From: an uncultured virus (IMG/VR IMGVR_UViG_3300043473_000028)
Lineage: Duplodnaviria; Heunggongvirae; Uroviricota; Caudoviricetes
IMG/VR virus record: IMGVR_UViG_3300043473_000028
Direction: 5' to 3' (one strand)
DNA length: 20,000 bases
Made by a program: the position numbers and the translations under genes. Numbering within the stretch: the stretch's first letter is position 1; every line of letters starts with the position of its first letter. Of the stretch, positions 1-9,289 are shown one piece after another. The notes under the pieces are model-generated. The model saw only the letters and a program-made list of their open reading frames with translations, did no database searches and had not been told where the DNA came from.

Positions 1-1524
1 GAGGAAATACGCGGCTTTGCCCGCGACACCGCCAAAGACTTTCTGGGCAGCTTTGCCGACGTGCTGACCAGCGGCGGCGATGACATGGGTGAGGCGCTGG
101 TCAAGGCCATGGTGGGGGCCGCCAACCGCACGCTGGACAAGATCATAGACCGCCTGCTGGATGACCTGATCAACACGCTGCTGTTTGGGCAGGGTGGTGG
201 GGTAGGCGGCGGCGGCAGCGGTGGCCTGATAGGGGCGCTGCTGGGCACTGGCGGCGGTGGCGGCGGCGGCGCGGCCAACCAGAACAGCCCCGTCAGCGGC
301 GTCTTGTCCGATCTGGTGGGCAGCATCAAGACGGGTCTGGGCGGTGACAGCGGCGGCATGGTCAACACTGGTGGCGGTGGCGGCGGCTCAATTTCTACTG
401 GTGACGTGGCCAAGCAGGTGTGGACCCACTTCAAGAATGAGGGCCTGCCCGATTTCCAAGTAGCGGCCATCATGGGCCACGTGCAGGCTGAAAGCGGGTT
501 CAGGCCCGGCATAGCCGGTGACAGCGGCAATGCGCTGGGTCTGTTTCAATGGAATGACCGCTCTGCCGCCATGAAGGCATATGTGGGCCCTGACTGGAAG
601 ACTGACGTGCAGGGCCAGCTAGATTTTGCCTCACATGAATTGCACGGCAGTGAAAGCACGGCGTGGGGCGCGCTGCGGGGCTCAACCAACCTGCGTCAGG
701 CAACCGGGGCGTTTGGCGGCTATGAGCGGGCGCAAGGCTTCTCATGGAACAACCCTGAGAGCATCCACAACTGGTCTGGCCGCTATGGCAACGCGCAGGC
801 CGCGTTCAACAGGTATGGTGGCAGCGGCGACACCGCCGTAGAAGACATGACCAAGGCCACAGTCAAGGCCACTGAGGCCACAGCCAAGACCACAGACGCA
901 ATGGTTGACGCCACGCGGGCCACCAAGGCGGCGGCGGACAGCGTGGGTGACATGAGCAGCAGCGCGGCCAAGGCGGCTGAGGCGCTGACCAAATTTCCAG
1001 CCGCACCGTCTGGTGGTGGCGGTGGTGGCGCTGGTGGCTGGCTCAGCAGCCTGCTTGGCGGCCTTGGCGGCGGCGCATCCCATGCTGAGATGTGGGAAAT
1101 CTCACCGGCCGCCACAGCGGCAATTGAGGGCGGCACGGGCGGCCTGTACCATGAGGGCAACGTGGGCGTCAGCAGCCGCGTCTCACGCCACTTCAGCAGC
1201 ATGGCACCATGGCGCAATGCCCCCCGGCTGCACGGCGGCAACATGTTTGCGGCCGATGAATATCCGGCAGTGCTGAAGCAAGGTGAGCCAGTATTCCCAT
1301 CTATGGCGGCGGCACAGGCTACGCTGGGCGGCAAGATGTTCGTCAACGTGCACAACTATGCTGGTGCCAACGTCAAGACCAAGCAGAAGGAACACAGTGA
1401 CGGCGTGACCATGGACCTGATCATTGATCGCATGCAGGCCAGCAACATTGACCAGCGCGGCTCAGCAACCAACAATGCTATGCGCGGCAAGTTTGGCCTG
1501 CAAGAGCGCATGAAGATGAGGTGA
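1..1524 (+). CDS. Tail tape measure protein, C-terminal part (5'-truncated), containing a phage-tail-lysozyme domain
   Basis: Frame 1 is open from base 1 (EEIRGFARDTAKDFLGSFAD...). The protein is Ala/Gly-rich. Segment VWTHFKNEGL...AAIMGHVQAESG...GLFQWNDR...QLDFASHEL...FGGYER resembles Phage_lysozyme2. The end (LHGG...DEYPAVLKQGEPV...VNVHNY) is typical of TMP C-termini. It lies directly upstream of tail-tip genes. Confidence 0.88.
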   Translation, partial: EEIRGFARDTAKDFLGSFADVLTSGGDDMGEALVKAMVGAANRTLDKIIDRLLDDLINTLLFGQGGGVGGGGSGGLIGALLGTGGGGGGGAANQNSPVSGVLSDLVGSIKTGLGGDSGGMVNTGGGGGGSISTGDVAKQVWTHFKNEGLPDFQVAAIMGHVQAESGFRPGIAGDSGNALGLFQWNDRSAAMKAYVGPDWKTDVQGQLDFASHELHGSESTAWGALRGSTNLRQATGAFGGYERAQGFSWNNPESIHNWSGRYGNAQAAFNRYGGSGDTAVEDMTKATVKATEATAKTTDAMVDATRATKAAADSVGDMSSSAAKAAEALTKFPAAPSGGGGGGAGGWLSSLLGGLGGGASHAEMWEISPAATAAIEGGTGGLYHEGNVGVSSRVSRHFSSMAPWRNAPRLHGGNMFAADEYPAVLKQGEPVFPSMAAAQATLGGKMFVNVHNYAGANVKTKQKEHSDGVTMDLIIDRMQASNIDQRGSATNNAMRGKFGLQERMKMR

Positions 1525-1528
1525 GCCC

Positions 1529-2491
1529 ATGCCGATGCTCTGGCCTGAGAGCCTGCCACAGCAGTTTCACGCTGACGGCTACCAAGACGCCTTTGCAGAC
1601 AACCGTCTGGCCACCAACCCTGAGCTTGGCCCGGCGCTGATACGCTCACGCGTCAGCAGCATGCCGCGCAGGGTGGCGGGCGTCATGCACATGAGCAAGG
1701 CGCAGTTGAACACGCTGCGCTATTTCTGGCGCACCAGCACGCTTGAGGGCAAGCTGCCGTTCAACTTTCCAGACCCGATGTTTGGCACGGCATGGCGCAA
1801 AAACCACCTGCCACAGAGCCACACGGGCGGCGCGGTGGCGGGCACGCCCGGCACGCTGCCCACCGGCTGGTCTGGCGTGGGCACAACCTACGGCATCACC
1901 AAGAGCGTCTATGAGGTGGGCGTTGAGGCCGGGCGCGGCTACGTGGACATCCGCTACAGCGGCATACCCACCGCGCCGCCTGTGACGCCGCCAGCGGTGC
2001 CGTCAACCATCGCCCCGGCTGAGATACTTTTTCACAACCCGCAGATCACCGCCGCCAGCGGCCAGAAATGGACGGCCAGCATTCACGCCCGGCTGGTGGG
2101 CGGCACGCTGGACAATATTCCGTACGTCAGGCTGGTGCAGTATGACCACCCGGTGACCGTGGGCGTGGCCGTCAACTTTGTTGACCAGTTGGACAGTGAC
2201 GCGCTGGCGCTTCAGCGCTACCAGCAGACCATCACCTTGCCTGCGGCGGGCGTCACCGGCACGTGGATGCGCTTTCAGATTTACGGCACCGTGGCCAAAT
2301 CCATAGACGCCATCATCAGGCTGGCGTGGCCGCAGCTTGAGCGGCACGACAAGGCCACCGCCTACATGCAAACCCCAAACGAATACAACCCCATCGCCCG
2401 CTTTGCGGCTGGCGGGTCACCGCCGCAGCCCAGTCATTTGGGTGGTGACCGCTACGCCGTGATGATGGAGATTGAGATTTTTGAGCTATGA
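1529..2491 (+). CDS. Distal tail (Dit/minor tail) protein with an inserted ~200 aa beta-rich domain
   Basis: Follows the TMP, with RBS GAGGTG. N-terminus WPESLPQ...GY...DNRLAT...GPALIRSR...TLEGKLPFNFPDP and C-terminus ARF...YAVMMEIEIF match the short minor-tail-protein pattern and are split by an insert. Confidence 0.72.
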   Translation: MPMLWPESLPQQFHADGYQDAFADNRLATNPELGPALIRSRVSSMPRRVAGVMHMSKAQLNTLRYFWRTSTLEGKLPFNFPDPMFGTAWRKNHLPQSHTGGAVAGTPGTLPTGWSGVGTTYGITKSVYEVGVEAGRGYVDIRYSGIPTAPPVTPPAVPSTIAPAEILFHNPQITAASGQKWTASIHARLVGGTLDNIPYVRLVQYDHPVTVGVAVNFVDQLDSDALALQRYQQTITLPAAGVTGTWMRFQIYGTVAKSIDAIIRLAWPQLERHDKATAYMQTPNEYNPIARFAAGGSPPQPSHLGGDRYAVMMEIEIFEL

Positions 2492-3000
2492 GCAAGTCAA
2501 CCGTCAGCCTCAACTTCAGAACCCAGTTGTATTTGCAGGAAAGTAATGAGGTGCCCATCTGCCTGCTCACCATGCGGCACCCCGACACCACTGAAGTGCT
2601 GTACCTGAGCGGCGACAACACCAAGCTGCTGGACAGTGAGCCTGAACTGATCTGGGGCACCGTCAGCCGCAGCAAGACCTACATCTACAAGCCCATGAGC
2701 CTGCGCCTGCCCAGCGACGTGGCAGACCGGCCCCCCCGGATGCACCTGATGGTAGAAAACGTCACCGGCAGCATGGTGGCGTTCTGCGCCAGTATGATCC
2801 AGCGCGGCACCTGCGACATTGACATCGTGACGGCATCGCAGCCCGATCTGGTGCAGATACCGTTCCCCATAATGGATGTCCGGGGGTACACGCGCAACTC
2901 TGACATCGTGACGTTTGATATCGGTCTGGACGCGGCTGAGGATGAGCCTATCCCTGCCGGGCTGTTCACGCCTGCGGGTTTCCCCGGTATGTTTGCATGA
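2488..3000 (+). CDS. DUF1833-like minor tail/hub protein
   Basis: ATGA overlap. Motifs LLTMRHP, TVSRSKTYIYKPMSLRLP and terminal EPIPAGLFTPAGFPGMF are characteristic. Lies between Dit and NlpC/P60. Confidence 0.78.
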   Translation: MSKSTVSLNFRTQLYLQESNEVPICLLTMRHPDTTEVLYLSGDNTKLLDSEPELIWGTVSRSKTYIYKPMSLRLPSDVADRPPRMHLMVENVTGSMVAFCASMIQRGTCDIDIVTASQPDLVQIPFPIMDVRGYTRNSDIVTFDIGLDAAEDEPIPAGLFTPAGFPGMFA

Positions 3001-3410
3001 AGCCAGCGCTGACAGCCCGTGATTTTGAGCATTACGTGGGCACCCCGTGGCTTGACGGCGGGCGCACGCACGCGGGCACGGATTGCTGGGGGTTGGCGCG
3101 GCTGGTCTACCGTGAGATGCTGGGCATAGAGCTACCCGCCTACAGTGAAGACTACACGACCGCCCTTGACCGCATCATCATCAGGCGGCTGATTGACAAC
3201 AAGCCAGACTACTGGATCAAGGTTGATGACCCGCAGGTGGGTGACGGCGTGGTGTTTCACGTGGGTACGCGCGCCCACCTTGGCGTGGTGGTGGGCAGCG
3301 GGCGTATGCTGCACATTGACCGATCCGGGGCGGTGATTGAGAGCTATGAGAGCCTGCGTTACAGCACTCAGATAGACGGGTTCTACCGCTACAATGATGA
3401 AGCCGCTTGA
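2997..3410 (+). CDS. NlpC/P60 family tail-tip assembly protein (lambda gpK-like)
   Basis: YVGTPW..GGR...GTDCWGL (catalytic Cys), HLGVVVG..RMLH (His), FYRY near the end. Lies upstream of the TipJ-like gene. Confidence 0.92.
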   Translation: MKPALTARDFEHYVGTPWLDGGRTHAGTDCWGLARLVYREMLGIELPAYSEDYTTALDRIIIRRLIDNKPDYWIKVDDPQVGDGVVFHVGTRAHLGVVVGSGRMLHIDRSGAVIESYESLRYSTQIDGFYRYNDEAA

Positions 3411-6400
3411 GCCGCGCACAGGGGAAATCTACGGGCCTGACACCACGGTCAGGTTCTTTCTGTTCAAGCACGCGCTTCAGGGTGACCGCCACGTCTGTGA
3501 GGTGCCAGCGGGCCTGAGCATCAGCGAGGCGCTGGACATCAGCATTGAAGACAGCGGCTGGCGTGAGCGCTACCGGCACAGCTTCACCATCTTTCTGCAA
3601 GACGGCACCGTGGTGCCCGCGCATATGTGGGATCGTGTGCGGCTCAAGCCCGGCACGGCCTGCGTGGCCCGCCCGGTGGCTGAGGGGCCGTTCTTGGCCA
3701 TCATCCCGATGCTGTTGCCCACCGTGCTGGGGCCGCTGTTTGCGGGCATGGGCTTCTTTGGCCAGTTGCTGCTGACGGGCATCACCATCGGTCTGAAGTT
3801 TCTGCTGAACAAGCTGTTTGCGCCCAAGCCGGTCAAGCCCACGCCCAGTGACCGCAAAGAAATCTACTCAATCATCGGCTCACGCAATGAAATCACCCAG
3901 TGGGAACCTATACCGCTGGTGCTTGGCCGCCACCGCATCACGCCGCCCTTGTGCGCCAGCCCCTACACTGAGACGGTGGGTGATGAGCAGTACCTGCGCC
4001 AGTTGTTCTGCAACGGCTACGGCGCGCTGGCCATTGAGGCCAGCAGCATCAAGATCGGTGAGACGCTGGTCAGCACCTTTCCAGAAGCCACGCTTGAACA
4101 CCGCTACGGCTACAGCACCGACACGGCCACCACGCTCTACCCAAGGGACGTTCTTGAGCAGCCATTTTCTATAGAATTGCTGAAAAATACGCGCGGTACG
4201 GACGGCTACCCAACCGCCACGGTGACGCCTTGGACTGAAAAGAAGACCGCCACCAACACCGTCAGTTGCGGGCTTGATTTCTCATGGCCGCAGGGCCTTG
4301 GCGTCATCTCAGATGAGGGCCAGCGCAGCGGGCGTGAAGCCATCGTCTACATCAACTGGCGCACAGCAGCCTCAGACGTGGCACCCATAGCGCCTGCGGG
4401 TGCGTGGTCTGGCAACCTTGTGCTGCGGGTTGTTGCGTCCACCCAAAAGGCGGTCAGGCGCACGTTCAACATCACATTCCCCGCTGCCGGGCAGTATGAC
4501 GTGCGCGTCCACAAAGAAAGCCCCGAAACCACCAAGTATTGGGATGACAGCAACTGGACCGGCCTTGACATGCTCATGTTCACGGCGCTGCGCAGCTTCA
4601 GGCTGGGCGTGCCGCTGCGGTTTGCCGATGCGCCGCTGAGCGTCACCGCCATTCGCATCAGGGCCAGCGGCCAACTGAACCAAGTGGTGGACAGCTACAA
4701 CTGCGTTGTGCAGTCCAAGGTAGTGGCGTTCAACGGCACCTCTTGGGTGAACGACGTGGCGTCCAGCAACCCGGCTGACCTGTTCAGGCACGTGCTGACG
4801 TGCAAGGCCAACAGGCGGCCCTACGCGGTCAGCCAGATTGATCTGGTGCAGCTTCAGAAGTGGTGGGCGTACTGCGTCCAGCAGAAGTGGCGGTACAACA
4901 AGGTCATTCGCAGCCAGATGAGCGTGTTTGACCTGATCATTGAGATATGCGCGGCGGGCCGCGCAATGCCGGTGTTCAGGGATGGCAAATGGTCTGTGGT
5001 CTGGGATGAGCAGGCCGTGCCGATCAGCCAGTTGTTCACCCCGCGCAACTCATGGAATTTTGAAGAGCAACGTGACCTAGAGCCGATCCCGCATGGATAC
5101 CGCATGCGCTTCCCCAGTGAAACCAAGGGGTGGCGTGAAGATGAACGGGTGGTCTACAACGACGGCTACAGCAAGACGAATGCTACGCTGCTTGAAGGCT
5201 TTGAGATGCCCGGCGTCACCAACATTGATAGTGTCTGGAAGCACGGGCGCTTTCATCTGGCCCAGCGCATCCTGCGCCCCGGCATCTTCAGCCTCTACGC
5301 TGGCTGGGATGCCCTGCCGCTGATCAGGGGTGACCGGGTGAGGGTCAACCATGACAGCTTCAGGTACGGGCTCTACAGCGGGCGCGTGACTGCCGTGGAC
5401 AGCGCCGCGCAGACGGTCACCATTGACACCAACGTGCTGCTGGCCGGTGCCACCAACTACATGTTCAGGTTCAGGCTCACCAGCGGCAGCTTTCTTGAGC
5501 GCACCATAGACCCCGGCTACGTAGGCGAATATACCAAGATCGGTCTGGTTGGCACCGCCATGCCGATGCCCGCCGTGGGTGATCTGTTCAGCCTTGGCCA
5601 AAGCACGCTGGACAGTGAGGTGTTCAGGGTCATCGGCATTGAGCCTGAGGACAACATGGTGCACCGGCTGATGCTGGTGGCCGACGCGCCAGAGATAGCC
5701 GACGCCGATACCGGGCAGATACCCGACTACACTGAGGGCATCAGCGTGCCCATTGACCCGTTCATGCTGCCGCCGCGCAACGTCAAGGTCAGCGATGGCG
5801 TCTACGCTGACGGCGGCGGTGTCTACTGGGCCTACCTGTCAGTCACTTGGGAACCGCCCGCCTTTGGCCACGTCACCAGCTTTCAGCTTCAGTACCGTGA
5901 GGGCGCTGACGATGATGACCCGTGGTCATCCGGGGGGTCATTTGGGCCCAACGTGACGTTTGGTGAAATCAGGCGGCTGGACAGCGGCGTCTACACCGTG
6001 CGGGTGCGCTGCATCTTTGACAACGGCACCTACTCAACTTGGGCTCAGGCGGCGGCCAAGTCCACCACTGAATACAGCCTGCCCCCGGCTGACGTGACTG
6101 ATTTCAGGATAAACATCACGGGTGACACGGCCATCCTGCGCTGGCAACCCGTGCCCGGCATCGGCATCATCTATGAACTGCGCTGGGCGTCTGAGAGCGT
6201 GCCCATCCCGACGTGGAATGCCGCCATCCCCTTGGTCACCAGCGTGACTGACAGCGCCACCATAGCCACGCGCACCGGCACGTTCTTCATCAAGGCCAAG
6301 AAGCCGTGGGGCCTGAGCAGCCTGAACGCCAGAATGATCAGCAGTCTGGTGGGCAGCTTCACGCAACTGAATTTTGTCACCAACATCGTTGAGCATCCAA

Positions 6401-7113
6401 CGTTTGCGGGCGTCAAGCAGGGCGTCAGCGTGCAGGATGTGGATGAACTGCGGCTGACGCCCGACGCCACCAACACCTACTACCCGGTCACAGGCACCTA
6501 CTATTTTGCCAACCGCATTGATCTAGGCGAGAAGATTTCAAGCCGCCTCAGCATCATCCTGTACGCCTACGGCTACAACCCCGGTAGCAGCATGGCTAAG
6601 TGGGTGGCCCTGTCGCAGGTGAACCCGCTTGACCAGACAGACGCGTCTGAGTGGGGTATTTCGTCAGAGTTCAGGATCAGTCTGGTTGGCGCGCCTTACG
6701 TCTGGGGCCCGTGGCAGACGTTCAGGCTCAGTGACGTGCAGGCGTGGGCCATGGAATTTAGGCTGATCATGAACGGCAAGCTGGTTGCAGACGCTGGCAC
6801 CGATGTGATCAGATCGGTGACCACGCCCAGCATCAAGCTGCTGACCGTGCAGGTTGACATGCAGGACCGTATTGAGAAGGGTGAGGATATCCTGTCAGCG
6901 GTGGCTGGCACCACGATAACATTTCCACGCGGGCGCTTCAGGGTAGTGCCTGCGGTGGTCATCACGGGGCAGGGCATGTTGACCGGGGAATACTTCACCA
7001 TCACCAACAAGACAGTGAGTTCATTCAAGGTGCAGTTCTTCTTGAAGGACAGCACCACAGGCGTGGCCAGAAAGTTTGACTGGATGGCCAAGGGCTGGGG
7101 GCTGGTGACATGA
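3394..7113 (+). CDS. Host-specificity/central tail fibre protein (TipJ-like) with fibronectin-III-like repeats
   Basis: 1239 aa. Contains PIPLVLGRHRITPP, GQYDVRV, IRIRASGQLN, SSNPA, FTPRNSWNF and GDRVRVNHD, then FN3-like segments (VTWEPP...YTVRVRC...YSTW; LRWQPV...YELRW) and a terminal FDWMAKGWG. The start may be ATG 3397. Confidence 0.9.
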   Translation: MMKPLEPRTGEIYGPDTTVRFFLFKHALQGDRHVCEVPAGLSISEALDISIEDSGWRERYRHSFTIFLQDGTVVPAHMWDRVRLKPGTACVARPVAEGPFLAIIPMLLPTVLGPLFAGMGFFGQLLLTGITIGLKFLLNKLFAPKPVKPTPSDRKEIYSIIGSRNEITQWEPIPLVLGRHRITPPLCASPYTETVGDEQYLRQLFCNGYGALAIEASSIKIGETLVSTFPEATLEHRYGYSTDTATTLYPRDVLEQPFSIELLKNTRGTDGYPTATVTPWTEKKTATNTVSCGLDFSWPQGLGVISDEGQRSGREAIVYINWRTAASDVAPIAPAGAWSGNLVLRVVASTQKAVRRTFNITFPAAGQYDVRVHKESPETTKYWDDSNWTGLDMLMFTALRSFRLGVPLRFADAPLSVTAIRIRASGQLNQVVDSYNCVVQSKVVAFNGTSWVNDVASSNPADLFRHVLTCKANRRPYAVSQIDLVQLQKWWAYCVQQKWRYNKVIRSQMSVFDLIIEICAAGRAMPVFRDGKWSVVWDEQAVPISQLFTPRNSWNFEEQRDLEPIPHGYRMRFPSETKGWREDERVVYNDGYSKTNATLLEGFEMPGVTNIDSVWKHGRFHLAQRILRPGIFSLYAGWDALPLIRGDRVRVNHDSFRYGLYSGRVTAVDSAAQTVTIDTNVLLAGATNYMFRFRLTSGSFLERTIDPGYVGEYTKIGLVGTAMPMPAVGDLFSLGQSTLDSEVFRVIGIEPEDNMVHRLMLVADAPEIADADTGQIPDYTEGISVPIDPFMLPPRNVKVSDGVYADGGGVYWAYLSVTWEPPAFGHVTSFQLQYREGADDDDPWSSGGSFGPNVTFGEIRRLDSGVYTVRVRCIFDNGTYSTWAQAAAKSTTEYSLPPADVTDFRINITGDTAILRWQPVPGIGIIYELRWASESVPIPTWNAAIPLVTSVTDSATIATRTGTFFIKAKKPWGLSSLNARMISSLVGSFTQLNFVTNIVEHPTFAGVKQGVSVQDVDELRLTPDATNTYYPVTGTYYFANRIDLGEKISSRLSIILYAYGYNPGSSMAKWVALSQVNPLDQTDASEWGISSEFRISLVGAPYVWGPWQTFRLSDVQAWAMEFRLIMNGKLVADAGTDVIRSVTTPSIKLLTVQVDMQDRIEKGEDILSAVAGTTITFPRGRFRVVPAVVITGQGMLTGEYFTITNKTVSSFKVQFFLKDSTTGVARKFDWMAKGWGLVT

Positions 7114-8294
7114 CGCAGTTCAATTTTGGCACCATCGTAGCCAGCAGCAAATCAGGTGCCGGTCTGGCGTCTGACCTGAATGCTTGGCGGGACGCCCTGC
7201 ACAGCCAGCACATGGGCGCGGCCACGCCCACCTACAAAGTGGCGGGCCTGAGCTGGCTCAACAACGCCAACGTCCCTTGGGAAGATTATATCTGGGACGG
7301 CAACGCCGACATCCTGCGCGGCTTCATAGACCCTAACACCAACCGCTACAGCACGGCGGGCAACTTTGCCAAGAGCTACGCCAGCGGCGGCGCGGTGGCG
7401 CATCTATCTGACTGGGGCACCCTGTTCAACATGACCGGCGTGGCGGCGCAGACGGTGGCCATAGACGCCATCAGCACCCTGTTGCCGGGCTGGTGGATAC
7501 GCGTGGTGGCGCGCACCATTGCCGTGACCATTGACCCGTTTGGCGCTGAGACGCTTGACGGCGCGGTCACCAAGCTGTTGCCCGCAGGTAGCAGCACCAC
7601 GGTGTTCTATGACGGCACGGCCCTGTACACCGATCAGGGTGGCGGCGGGCTCACAGATTTCCCGATTGGTGGCGTGGTGATGGTGCCGGGCATCAACCCG
7701 CCCGGTGGCTTCTTGCGGCTGAACGGCGGCACTGTTTCACGTGTGACCTACGCGGGCCTGTGGGGCTTTGCGCAGGTGAGCGGCAACATAGCCGCCGCTG
7801 GCGGATGGACAGAGGGCAAGTTTGGCCCCGGTGACGGCAGCACCACGTTTCAGCTACCCGATCTGCGCGGCAACTTTCTGCGCGCTTGGGATAATGCCCG
7901 CACCTTGGACAATGGCCGCCTGATCGGCTCAAGTCAGGCTGACGGCATTGAGACGCACAGCCACGCCGTTGACGTGGCGCTGGGCGGCAGTCACAGCCAC
8001 ACCTTCAGCGACACCTCAAGCTCTGCGGGCTCACACAGCCACACCCTCGCGGGCAGACTGCCGCTGGCCAGCAACGTGCCAGCGGGTTCTTTTGGCTTTG
8101 GCGCTGCGTCAGGCGGCGGTGCCTATGACGATACCCCGACAATCAGCGCGGGTGGCGCGCACACCCACGCCATCGGCGGCACCACCAGCGTGATCGGCAC
8201 GCATGACCACGCCGTCACCGTGGGTGCCAACCCCGGTGCAACCAATGAGACGCGCCCCATGAACATCGCCCTGTTGGCCTGCATCAAATACTAA
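7110..8294 (+). CDS. Tail fibre protein with tail-collar domain and HxH needle
   Basis: Collar motif PIGGVVM...PPGGFLRLNGGTVSRVTYAGLW...GDGSTTFQLPDLRGNFLRAWD. Five HxH motifs (HSH x3, HTH, HDH). Terminal ETRPMNIALLACIKY. Confidence 0.92.
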   Translation: MTQFNFGTIVASSKSGAGLASDLNAWRDALHSQHMGAATPTYKVAGLSWLNNANVPWEDYIWDGNADILRGFIDPNTNRYSTAGNFAKSYASGGAVAHLSDWGTLFNMTGVAAQTVAIDAISTLLPGWWIRVVARTIAVTIDPFGAETLDGAVTKLLPAGSSTTVFYDGTALYTDQGGGGLTDFPIGGVVMVPGINPPGGFLRLNGGTVSRVTYAGLWGFAQVSGNIAAAGGWTEGKFGPGDGSTTFQLPDLRGNFLRAWDNARTLDNGRLIGSSQADGIETHSHAVDVALGGSHSHTFSDTSSSAGSHSHTLAGRLPLASNVPAGSFGFGAASGGGAYDDTPTISAGGAHTHAIGGTTSVIGTHDHAVTVGANPGATNETRPMNIALLACIKY

Positions 8295-8308
8295 AGAGGA
8301 GTAGAACA

Positions 8309-8581
8309 ATGCCGGGCCTGAGGATTTACAATTACAACTGGGCTACTGGCGAATACGCTGGTGACAGCATGGCCGATGAGAACCCGCTAGAACCCGGTAA
8401 CTGGATTGTGCCCGCATATGCTACAACCAAGGCGCTGCCGGATTTAGAGCCGGGCCACCGCGCCATGTTTGACCCTGAAACCAATGACTGGCGGCAAGAG
8501 AAGACACCCGTGCCAGAAGCGCCGCCGCCTGAACTGCTTGGTGATCACGTAACTATAGGGGACCTATTCAATGCCCAGTAA
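8309..8581 (+). CDS. Tail fibre assembly chaperone (Tfa-like)
   Basis: RBS GAGGAG. IYNYNWATGEYAG...ADENPLEPG.WIVPAYATT..LP...W is the Tfa N-terminal pattern. Directly follows the fibre gene. Confidence 0.82.
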   Translation: MPGLRIYNYNWATGEYAGDSMADENPLEPGNWIVPAYATTKALPDLEPGHRAMFDPETNDWRQEKTPVPEAPPPELLGDHVTIGDLFNAQ

Positions 8582-8993
8582 CAAGCTAATACAGGAAGCG
8601 GCCAACAAACTCTTCTGCCAGCGCGTGGCCTTCTTGGCCATGCGGGCCGCGCATGAGGCCGCCAAAGAAGCGCCGGATGACTTGGCGCGCATGGCCTACG
8701 CTGAGTTTGTGTTCAGGGGTGAAGAGCGCGCCGTGCTGCTGGCCATGCACGTGGTTGCCGCCAGTGACGCCGTGCGGGTGGCGCTTGAAGAGGGCGGCGC
8801 TGACGCGGTGCAGGACACCGACATTGAGAACGCCCTGCGTGACATCTGGGCGCTGCGCAGCGCGGCGTTTGGCGCAACCAACATGCAGGTGCGCAAGATG
8901 CAAGAACTTGTGGCGCAGGTGACCAAGGCGGTTGATGAGGCTCAGAGCGCCGCCGTTGAGGTGCGGCAGGCGCGGGCGAAGCCACCTAAATGA
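8571..8993 (+). CDS. Hypothetical alpha-helical protein
   Basis: 140 aa ORF overlapping both neighbours, with an upstream GGGGA RBS-like motif. The C-terminus looks coiled-coil. No family recognised. Confidence 0.7.
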   Translation: MPSNKLIQEAANKLFCQRVAFLAMRAAHEAAKEAPDDLARMAYAEFVFRGEERAVLLAMHVVAASDAVRVALEEGGADAVQDTDIENALRDIWALRSAAFGATNMQVRKMQELVAQVTKAVDEAQSAAVEVRQARAKPPK

Positions 8994-9274
8994 CCGAACT
9001 GAAGACATGGGTACGCGACAACAGCACGCTGGTCTATTTTCTGATCGCGCAAGCGTTGGCGATTGGCACAGGTGGTGTCAGCATCCTGACCTACATGGTG
9101 AGGCTGGAGACGCGGGTATCAATCATGGAAACGCGCGGTGCCGCCTACACCGTAGAACGGTTGACCAAGGTGGATGACCGGATCACGATACTTGAGCAGC
9201 ACGTTCAAAGAAATTCGTCGCAGATTGAACGCATCGTGGACATTATGACCAAGAAACTGAACGTTAATCCGTAG
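8990..9274 (+). CDS. Single-TM membrane protein with coiled coil; holin- or spanin-like candidate
   Basis: Hydrophobic LVYFLIAQALAIGTGGVSILTYMV followed by a heptad-like region. ATGA coupling. Directly upstream of the endolysin. Confidence 0.6.
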   Translation: MTELKTWVRDNSTLVYFLIAQALAIGTGGVSILTYMVRLETRVSIMETRGAAYTVERLTKVDDRITILEQHVQRNSSQIERIVDIMTKKLNVNP

Positions 9275-9289
9275 GGTGAGGTGCGGGCC

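Noticed and set aside
190..390. GGC/GGT tandem runs (also near 1010-1040)
   Set aside because: They encode poly-Gly linkers in the tape measure protein and are not a repeat array or CRISPR.
3394..8294. Diversity-generating retroelement or invertible tail-fibre cassette
   Set aside because: I saw no reverse transcriptase, invertase or duplicated template/variable repeat in the window.
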